A DNA stretch of 18,814 nt, taken from NCBI GenBank assembly GCA_037440005.1, contig JBBIUY010000046.1, forward strand, positions 1 to 18,814, written 5' to 3'. The notes beneath the pieces are model-generated. The model had not been told where the DNA came from and did not search any database. It worked only from the letters and a program-made list of their open reading frames with translations. This DNA comes from Armatimonadota bacterium. Its GTDB lineage: Bacteria; Sysuimicrobiota; Sysuimicrobiia; Sysuimicrobiales; Kaftiobacteriaceae. This document shows positions 11,636 to 18,814 of the stretch, piece after piece; positions within the stretch are counted from its first letter, which is position 1, and each line of letters opens with the position of its first letter. The position numbers and the translations under genes are program-made.

Positions 11636-13365
11636 TCCCGGCGCTGGGTCTGGCCGTCCTGGTGGCCTTGCCGTGGATGGTGGCCGACAGCTTCTTCCTC
11701 AACGCCATGATCCTGGTGTTCCTCTTCGGGACCCTGGCGTCGGCCTGGAACCTGATCGGAGGATACGCCGGGCAGCTGTCCTTCGGGCACGCGGTGTTCT
11801 TCGGCCTGGGCGCGTACACCAGCACGGTGCTGCTCAGCCGCCACGGCGTGGTGCCCTGGGTCGGCGGAGCCGTGGGGGCGGTCCTGGCGGCCGCGCTGTC
11901 CCTGGCCGTCGGCTACCCCACCTTCCGGTTGCGCCGCCACTTCTTCGCCCTGGCCACCCTGGCCCTGGGGGAGATCGCCCGCATCACATTCCTCAACTGG
12001 GAGTACGTGGGCGCGGCCATCGGCCTGTACGTTCCCCTGCAGTTCCGCAACCGGCTGAGCTACCTCATGTGGGACGCCAAGCCGCCGTACTACCTGGCCG
12101 CCCTCGCCCTGGGCGTCCTGGCCGTCGGGGTGACGGCGGTGGTGGACCGGGGGCGGATGGGCATCTACCTGCGGGCCATCAACCAGGATGAGGACGCCGC
12201 CCGGGCCGTGGGCCTGGATACCCTCCGGTACAAGCAGTGGGCCATGGCGGTCAGCGCCGCCCTCACCGCCCTGGCGGGGACGCTGTACGCCCAGTACGTG
12301 CTGTACATCGACCCGTACAACGTCCTGACGGCCCGCATCTCGCTGCTCGTGGTGGTGATCGCCCTCATCGGCGGCCGCGGCACGGTGTGGGGGCCGGTGG
12401 TGGGAGCGGCGTTCATCGTCCTGCTCTCGGAGTACACCCGCAGCACCCTGGGACACCTGGGCCAGGGGTATGACTACATCCTGTTTGGCCTGCTGATCAT
12501 GCTCCTCGCTCTGTACGAGCCCCGGGGAGCCATGGGGGTGGTCCGCCGGCTCCGCCGGCGCTCCCCGCTGCCCGTGGCCGGAGCGGCCAAAGACCGGCCG
12601 CCGGAGGCGGAGGCGGGACCGCCGACGGCAGAGGCGCTCCTGGTGGCCCGGGGGATGACCAAGCGGTTTGGCGGCATCGTGGCGCTGGACGGGGTGTCGC
12701 TCCAGGTGCGCCGGGGAGAGATCGTGGGCGTGATCGGGCCCAATGGCGCCGGCAAGTCCACTCTCTTTGACTGCATCACCGGCTTCCAGCGCCCCGACGC
12801 CGGAACCGTCGAAGTCGGCGGGCTCTCCCTGCGGCACCAGCCGCCCCACCGGATCGTCCACCACGGCGTGGTGCGGACCTTCCAGCTGCTGCGGATCTTC
12901 CCCGAGTTGACGGTGCGGGAGAACCTGCTGGTGGCGCAACCCCACCGCGCGGAGAGCCCGTGGGCGGCTCTGCGCCCCTCTCCGCGTGAGGTGGAGGAGC
13001 GCGCCGCGCGGTGGATGCGCGTGGTGGGCCTGGAGGGCTACCGGGACGTGCCCGCGGGGGAGCTCTCCTACGGCCAGCAGAAGCTTCTATCTCTGGCGAT
13101 GGCCCTGATGACCGGCGCCGACGTGGTCCTGCTGGACGAACCGACGGCGGGCGTGAACCCCGCTGTGATCCAGGAGGTGGTGGCCTGCATCCGGGAGCTC
13201 AACCGCGGGGGACAGACGTTCGTCGTCATCGAGCACAACATGGAGGTCATCGACGCCCTGGCCCACCGGGTGTACTTCATGGCCGACGGACGGGTCCTGG
13301 CCGAGGGGACCCCCCAGCAGGTCCGGCAGAACCCGCAGGTGCTGGAGGCGTACTATGGCCGGTGA
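11632..13365 (+). CDS. Fused LivM-like permease and LivG-like ATPase
   Basis: N-terminal WNLIGGYAGQLSFGHAVFFGLGAY permease. C-terminal GPNGAGKST, LSYGQQK, LLDEP and IEH motifs. ATGA overlap with the upstream gene. Confidence 0.92.
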   Translation: MIPALGLAVLVALPWMVADSFFLNAMILVFLFGTLASAWNLIGGYAGQLSFGHAVFFGLGAYTSTVLLSRHGVVPWVGGAVGAVLAAALSLAVGYPTFRLRRHFFALATLALGEIARITFLNWEYVGAAIGLYVPLQFRNRLSYLMWDAKPPYYLAALALGVLAVGVTAVVDRGRMGIYLRAINQDEDAARAVGLDTLRYKQWAMAVSAALTALAGTLYAQYVLYIDPYNVLTARISLLVVVIALIGGRGTVWGPVVGAAFIVLLSEYTRSTLGHLGQGYDYILFGLLIMLLALYEPRGAMGVVRRLRRRSPLPVAGAAKDRPPEAEAGPPTAEALLVARGMTKRFGGIVALDGVSLQVRRGEIVGVIGPNGAGKSTLFDCITGFQRPDAGTVEVGGLSLRHQPPHRIVHHGVVRTFQLLRIFPELTVRENLLVAQPHRAESPWAALRPSPREVEERAARWMRVVGLEGYRDVPAGELSYGQQKLLSLAMALMTGADVVLLDEPTAGVNPAVIQEVVACIRELNRGGQTFVVIEHNMEVIDALAHRVYFMADGRVLAEGTPQQVRQNPQVLEAYYGR

Positions 13366-14143
13366 GGGAGGCACCCTGCGCCTGGAGGACGTCCACTCAG
13401 GCTACGGCCCGCTGGAGGTGGTCCGGGGCGTCAGCCTGGTGGTGGGGGGCGGGGAGGTCGTGGCCATCATCGGCCCCAACGGCGCCGGCAAGTCCACGTT
13501 GCTGCGCACCATCTTCGGCTTCGTGCCCCCCCGCCGGGGCCGGATCTGGCTGGACGGCGGGGACCTCACCGGACTGCGTCCTGTCGAGGTCCTCCGGCGC
13601 GGGGTGGCCTACGTCATGCAGGGGTACAACGTGCTCCCCAACCTCACCGTGGACGACAACCTCCAGCTGGGCGCCTACATCCGTCGGGACCCCCACGTGC
13701 GGGCCGACATCCAGAGGGTCTATGAGCTGTTCCCGGCGCTGTGGGCGCGACGCCGGCAGAAGGCGCGGACGCTCAGCGGCGGGGAGCGGCGCATGCTGGA
13801 ACTGGCGCGGGTCCTGCTGCAGCGTCCGCGGGTTCTGTTGCTGGACGAGCCCACCCTGGGTCTGGCCCCCCGGGTCATCGATCAGGTCTATGACGTCATC
13901 GCCCAGATCCACCGCCAGGGTGTGGCCGTCCTGCTCGTCGAGCAGAACGCACGCACCGCCCTGCGCCACGCCCACCGGGCCTACGTGCTGGAGGCGGGGC
14001 GCATCCGTTTCGAAGGGCGCGGCCAGGAGCTGCTGGACCATCCCGACGTCCGGCGGGCCTACCTCGGCGGGGAACGCTCGACCAATCCGTCGGCGACGTC
14101 CCGCTCCACCAGCTCCGGGGACCGCTCGGCCGGGTCGCCGTAG
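13355..14143 (+). CDS. LivF-like ABC ATP-binding protein
   Basis: GPNGAGKST, LSGGERRML, LLDEP, LLVEQN, VRRAYLGG, followed by a low-complexity tail overlapping the convergent gene. Confidence 0.92.
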   Translation: MAGEGGTLRLEDVHSGYGPLEVVRGVSLVVGGGEVVAIIGPNGAGKSTLLRTIFGFVPPRRGRIWLDGGDLTGLRPVEVLRRGVAYVMQGYNVLPNLTVDDNLQLGAYIRRDPHVRADIQRVYELFPALWARRRQKARTLSGGERRMLELARVLLQRPRVLLLDEPTLGLAPRVIDQVYDVIAQIHRQGVAVLLVEQNARTALRHAHRAYVLEAGRIRFEGRGQELLDHPDVRRAYLGGERSTNPSATSRSTSSGDRSAGSP

Positions 14144-15690
14144 CCGCCGCCCCCGGGCGTCTGGATCACCAGGGTGTCGCCCCGGCGCAGCTCCACGGTG
14201 CCCTTGCCGGGCAGGACCTCCTCGGTGCCGTCGGCCCGGATCACCAGGTGGCGGCCGACGGCCCCGGGCTGCCCGCCGGCCAGCCCCCAGGGGGGAACGA
14301 CGGTGCGCTCGGTGAGGACCGACACCGTGGCCCGCTCGGCCCGCAGGGTCCAGGCGCGCACGATGCCGCACCCGCCCCGCCACCGCCCCGCGCCCCCCGA
14401 GCCGGGCCGGAACTCGTACCGGCGGAACAGCACCGGCAGCTCGCGCTCGGCGGCCTCGATGGGGGTGTTCATGGTGTTGGTCATGTGCACGTGGACGCCG
14501 TCCACCCCGTCCCGGCCGGGCCGGGCGCCCATGCCGCCGCCGATGGTCTCGTAAAACGCCCACGGCCGCCCGGTCTGTGGGTGCACGCCGCCCATCGCCA
14601 CATTGTTCATCGACCCGCACCCGGCAGCGGGAATGCGGCCCGGCAGCGCCCGGGCCAGAGCCCGCAGGACCACGTCGGCCACCCGCTGGCTGGTCTCGGT
14701 GTTGCCCACGGCCACCGGCGCCGGCCGGCGCGGATTGAGCAGGCAGCCGGGCGGGGCGCTGACCCGGATGCCCTGCAGCACGCCCTCGCTCATGGGCAGG
14801 TCGGGCGCCAGCGCCGCCTTGAGGGCGTACACCGCGCCGGCCACCGTCACCCCGAACACGGCGTTGAGCGGATACCGCACCTGCGGGTCCGTCCCCGCAA
14901 AGTCCACCGCCACGCCGTCGTCGGTGCGGGCCACCGTCACCCGCAGCCACGCCAGGCCCTCGGGCAGTTCCAGGCAGTCCTCGGCCTGAAAGACTCCCGG
15001 GGGAAGCGCGCTCCACCGCCGGCGGGCCAGGGCGGCGTCCTGGGCGATCATCCGCTCCCAGACGTCCTCCAGCCGGCCGTGGCGCGCGCAGAGATCCTGC
15101 ATCCGCTGGCGGCCGAGCGCGCACGCCGCCAGCTGAGCCCGCAGGTCTCCGGCGGTCATCTCGGGGGTGCGCACGGCGGACAGGATCAGCCGCCAGGTGT
15201 CCTCCACCGGCTTGTCCCTGCGCACCAGCGGCAGCGGCGGGACCACCACCCCTTCCTCGAAGAGGTCGGCGGCCTCCATCGAGAGGCTGCCCGGCACCCG
15301 CCCGCCCACGTCCACGTGGTGGGCCTTGGTGGCGCTGTAGCCGAGCAGCCGGCCCTGCCAGAACACCGGCTCGAGGACCGTGACGTCGTTGAGGTGGGTG
15401 CCGGTGAGGTAGGGATCGTTGGCCACCCACACGTCTCCCGGCTGCAGGTCGGCTTCCTGAAGGTGGGCGATCAGGTTCTTGATCCCCCACGCCAGGGATC
15501 CCAGGTGGGTGGGGATGTGCTCCGCCTGGGCCAGCAGCCGTCCGGCGGCGTCGAACAGGGCGCAGGAGTGGTCCATGCGCTCCTTGATGTTGGGCGAATA
15601 GGCGCTGTTGCGCAGCGCCACGCCCATCTCCTCCGCCGTGTAGATCAGGGCGTTGCGGACGACCTCCACCGTCACCGGATCCGCCGGCAT
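14059..15690 (-). CDS. Hydantoinase B / 5-oxoprolinase-family subunit (HyuB-like)
   Basis: ATG 15690 with RBS AGGAGG: MPADPVTVEVVRNAL...SPNIKERMDHSCA...NDPYLTGTHLND...HHVDVGG...YETIGGGMG...TPGGGGYG. Confidence 0.92.
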   Translation of the reverse strand: MPADPVTVEVVRNALIYTAEEMGVALRNSAYSPNIKERMDHSCALFDAAGRLLAQAEHIPTHLGSLAWGIKNLIAHLQEADLQPGDVWVANDPYLTGTHLNDVTVLEPVFWQGRLLGYSATKAHHVDVGGRVPGSLSMEAADLFEEGVVVPPLPLVRRDKPVEDTWRLILSAVRTPEMTAGDLRAQLAACALGRQRMQDLCARHGRLEDVWERMIAQDAALARRRWSALPPGVFQAEDCLELPEGLAWLRVTVARTDDGVAVDFAGTDPQVRYPLNAVFGVTVAGAVYALKAALAPDLPMSEGVLQGIRVSAPPGCLLNPRRPAPVAVGNTETSQRVADVVLRALARALPGRIPAAGCGSMNNVAMGGVHPQTGRPWAFYETIGGGMGARPGRDGVDGVHVHMTNTMNTPIEAAERELPVLFRRYEFRPGSGGAGRWRGGCGIVRAWTLRAERATVSVLTERTVVPPWGLAGGQPGAVGRHLVIRADGTEEVLPGKGTVELRRGDTLVIQTPGGGGYGDPAERSPELVERDVADGLVERSPPR

Positions 15691-15710
15691 CGGCGCCTCC
15701 TGCGCGGGCG

Positions 15711-17753
15711 TCACGACCGGGCCAGCCGCAGCACCCCCGACGGGTCCGCCGCCGCCTGCCAGCCCGGCGGGACCACGGTGGTGGCGTCGTACTGCTCGAT
15801 GACGGCCGGGCCCGGGACGACCTGACCGGCCGCCAGCTCCTCCCGCCGGTACACCGGGGTGGGCCGCCAGCCGTCGAAGAACACCGGGCGCACCTCGGCC
15901 GGCGGGGCCGCCGCAGCCGCCCTCTGTCCCGGGAGGAGCGGAGGCCGCCGCAGCCGGCCGAGCACGGTTACCCGCACGCTCACCACCTCCACAGGCTCGT
16001 CGGCGGCGTGGTAGCCGTAGACCTCCTGATGGCGGCGGTGAAACAGTCCAGTGGCGTCGGCGACGCGGTCGGAGGGCACGGCCAACTCGTAGCTCTGCCC
16101 GCGGTAGCGCATCTCCAGGGACCGCTGGACGACGATCTCGTCGGGGCGGAAGCCGTCGTCCTGCAGGGCGCGGATCAGCTGCCCGGCCAGGTCCCGGACG
16201 GCGTCGTCCACGTCCTGCTGGGCCTGCGGGCCGGCCGGCCGCAGGATCGCCCGCACCCCGTCGCGGCGCACGTCGGCGGCCAGCAGCCCCAGGGCGGAGA
16301 ACAGGCCCGGCGCGGGTGGGACGATCACGGCTGCGATGTCCAGCTCGTCGGCCAGGAACGCCGCGTGCATGGGGCCGGCGCCGCCGAACGCCACCAGCGT
16401 CATCCGCCGCGGGTCGTATCCGCGCTCCACAGACACCAGGCGCAGGGCCCGCACCATCTGGGTGTGCACGATGCGCAGGACCCCCTCCGCCAGCTCCACC
16501 GGCTGCAGCCCCACCCGACGGCCCAGGGCCCCGACGGCGCGGGCGGCCGCGTCGGCGTCCAGGGGCATTCGGCCTCCCAATAGACCGCGGGCGGACAGCC
16601 GGCCCAGGACCAGGTTGCAGTCGGTCACGGTGGGGTCGGTCCCGCCGCGCCCGTAGGCCGCCGGGCCCGGGTCGGCCCCGGCGCTGGCCGGCCCCACCCG
16701 TAGGGCGTCGCCGTCCGCCCACGCCACCGTCCCGCCCCCGGCGCTGACCTCGGCCAGGTCCACAAACGGGAACCGGACGGGATACCCGCTGCCCCGGACG
16801 ATGCGCCCGGCGTGCACGGTCCCCCCCACCTCGTACTCGGTGACCACCTGGACCTGGCCCCCGACGACAGCTCCGGCCTTGGCCGTGGTCCCTCCCATGT
16901 CGAAGCTGAGCAGGTCGCCGATCTGCAGGGCCTGACCCAGAGTGGCCGCTCCGACCACGCCGGCGGCCGGCCCCGACTCGATCACCGCCGCCGGCAGCGC
17001 GGCGGCGGCCCGCAGGGTGGCCATCCCCCCGCTGGACTGCATGACGTACACGGGCGCCTGTATGGACAGCCGGCGCAGGTCCTCCGCCAGCCGGCGCAGG
17101 TAGGCGGAGAGCACCGGCACCAGCAGGGCGTTGACCACCGTGGTGCTGGTGCGCTCGTACTCCCGGTAGTGCGGGTCCACCTCCGAGGACAGGACGATGG
17201 CGGCGTGGGGCAGACAGGCGCGCAGCAGAGCGGCGGTGCGCTGCTCGTGGGCCGGATTGCGGTAGCTGTGCAGGTAGCAGACAGCCACCGCCTGGATGTC
17301 CTCCCGGGCCAGGGCCTCCCCCAGGGCGGTCACCTGGGCCTCGTCCAGCGGGACCACAACCTCCCCCGACGGGTCCACCCGTTCCCGCACCCCGAACCGG
17401 TAGCGGCGGGGAATCAGCGGCCGCGGACGCTCGAAGAACAGGTTGTACAGCTCGGCCCGCCGCTGCCGGCCGATCTCCAGCACGTCCCGAAACCCCTCGG
17501 TGGTCAGCAACGCCGCCCGGGGCAGGCGCTCCCGCCCCAGGAACAGGTTGGTGCCGACGGTGGAGGCGTGGACGACCAGGCGCACCGGTCCTGCGCACCG
17601 ACGCCGGCACTCCGCCACCGCCTCCCCCACTCCGGCGGCCGGGTCGGAGGGGGTGGTGGGGACTTTCACACTCCACAGGGCGCTCCGGTCCTCGTCCAGG
17701 GCCACCAGGTCGGTGAAGGTCCCGCCCACGTCGACGCCCACCCGCCAGGCCAT
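15711..17753 (-). CDS. Hydantoinase A / 5-oxoprolinase-family ATP-binding subunit (HyuA-like)
   Basis: GVDVGGTFTD, EYERTSTT, ESGPAAG, DMGGTT, SAGADPGPA, FGGAGPMH, SALGLL motifs. Confidence 0.93.
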   Translation of the reverse strand: MAWRVGVDVGGTFTDLVALDEDRSALWSVKVPTTPSDPAAGVGEAVAECRRRCAGPVRLVVHASTVGTNLFLGRERLPRAALLTTEGFRDVLEIGRQRRAELYNLFFERPRPLIPRRYRFGVRERVDPSGEVVVPLDEAQVTALGEALAREDIQAVAVCYLHSYRNPAHEQRTAALLRACLPHAAIVLSSEVDPHYREYERTSTTVVNALLVPVLSAYLRRLAEDLRRLSIQAPVYVMQSSGGMATLRAAAALPAAVIESGPAAGVVGAATLGQALQIGDLLSFDMGGTTAKAGAVVGGQVQVVTEYEVGGTVHAGRIVRGSGYPVRFPFVDLAEVSAGGGTVAWADGDALRVGPASAGADPGPAAYGRGGTDPTVTDCNLVLGRLSARGLLGGRMPLDADAAARAVGALGRRVGLQPVELAEGVLRIVHTQMVRALRLVSVERGYDPRRMTLVAFGGAGPMHAAFLADELDIAAVIVPPAPGLFSALGLLAADVRRDGVRAILRPAGPQAQQDVDDAVRDLAGQLIRALQDDGFRPDEIVVQRSLEMRYRGQSYELAVPSDRVADATGLFHRRHQEVYGYHAADEPVEVVSVRVTVLGRLRRPPLLPGQRAAAAAPPAEVRPVFFDGWRPTPVYRREELAAGQVVPGPAVIEQYDATTVVPPGWQAAADPSGVLRLARS

Positions 17754-17792
17754 GGCCCCTCCCGCGCGCTGTCCCGCGGGATGCGGGAGAAC

Positions 17793-18161
17793 CTACAGCG
17801 GCCGCAGGCGCCAGCGGCCGTAGGCGACGAAGGCGGCCAGGGCCAGCAGGGCCAGGTTGACGCCGATGAGGGGGATCTCGCCCCGCCGCAGGTGGAACAC
17901 CGCAGCCAGGACCATGATGACCGCGATGCCCGCCGCCGCCAGCGGCGTCAGCAACCGGCCCGCCCGCACCAGGCCGGGCAGGACCAGCCCGGCGGCGCCC
18001 AGCAGTTCGGCCACCCCGATGAACGTCCGCAGCCCCGGCGGCAGGTCGTACACCCACCTCAGGGGGTCCGGCAGGGACGGCGGCGGGGCCACCTTGATGA
18101 CGCCGTGGTAGACAAAGCCGGCGGCCAGGAAGAGCTGGACGGCCCACAACAGCGCGTGCAT
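17793..18161 (-). CDS. DoxX-like small membrane protein
   Basis: ATG 18161 with RBS GAGGAGG. The 122 aa contain four hydrophobic segments: LWAVQLFLAAGF...FIGVAELLGAAGLVLP...LTPLAAAG...AVFHLRRGE. Confidence 0.85.
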   Translation of the reverse strand: MHALLWAVQLFLAAGFVYHGVIKVAPPPSLPDPLRWVYDLPPGLRTFIGVAELLGAAGLVLPGLVRAGRLLTPLAAAGIAVIMVLAAVFHLRRGEIPLIGVNLALLALAAFVAYGRWRLRPL

Positions 18162-18264
18162 GACCAGACCTCCTCTTACCGGGACAGGGTCGCTGTGGCT
18201 TTCGGCTCCGGGTGTCGGCGGCCCTGCCCGGCGGGAGGTCCTGCGCGCGGGTCGCGCCGTCCGC

Positions 18265-18301
18265 ACAAACACGGAGGGCTGCTCATGCGAGCAGCCCTCC
18301 G
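18265..18301 (-). terminator. Intrinsic terminator downstream of 16S
   Basis: CGGAGGGCTGCTC-GCAT-GAGCAGCCCTCCG-TGTTTGT: a perfect 13-bp stem about 75 nt after the 16S 3' end. Confidence 0.75.
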
Positions 18302-18377
18302 GCGAAAACTGCATGCGGTCGGGTGGCCGCGGAACCCAGGTCACACACCGCAGGTGACCTGTGCACCGGTTCTCCGT

Positions 18378-18814
<437 letters not shown>

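Noticed and set aside
14059..18147. 1362-aa giant ORF
   Set aside because: Only the part from ATG 15690 is hydantoinase B. The rest is an off-frame reading of the HyuA-like and DoxX-like genes in high-GC DNA.
18162..18377. Spacer tRNA-Ile/tRNA-Ala after the 16S or before the 23S
   Set aside because: No cloverleaf or T-loop GTTCRA signature was found here or in 4607-4900.

Overview
High-GC bacterial DNA containing a split rRNA locus, all on the minus strand. The 3' part of a 16S gene lies at the right edge (18378-18814) and is followed by its own terminator. A 23S-5S unit (4606-1250) has its own perfect sigma70 promoter (TTGACA-16-TATAAT), a structured leader with a terminator-like hairpin, boxB/boxA-like elements, a processing stem and a final terminator. 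Where a short ITS with tRNAs would normally be, there are about 13.8 kb of protein genes and no tRNA. Minus strand: DoxX-like protein, hydantoinase/5-oxoprolinase A and B subunits, a decayed PAS-PAS-GAF-HD-GYP gene, msrA, a hotdog thioesterase and an internally deleted second copy of it. Plus strand: a DUF1445/UPF0317 (D-glutamate cyclase-like) gene and a Liv-type ABC transporter. A CapA-family metallophosphoesterase runs off the left edge. The most notable features are the independently wired 16S and 23S-5S units and a candidate attenuator in the 23S leader. All calls come from reading the sequence and translations by eye; no searches were run, and rRNA ends are approximate to a few nt.
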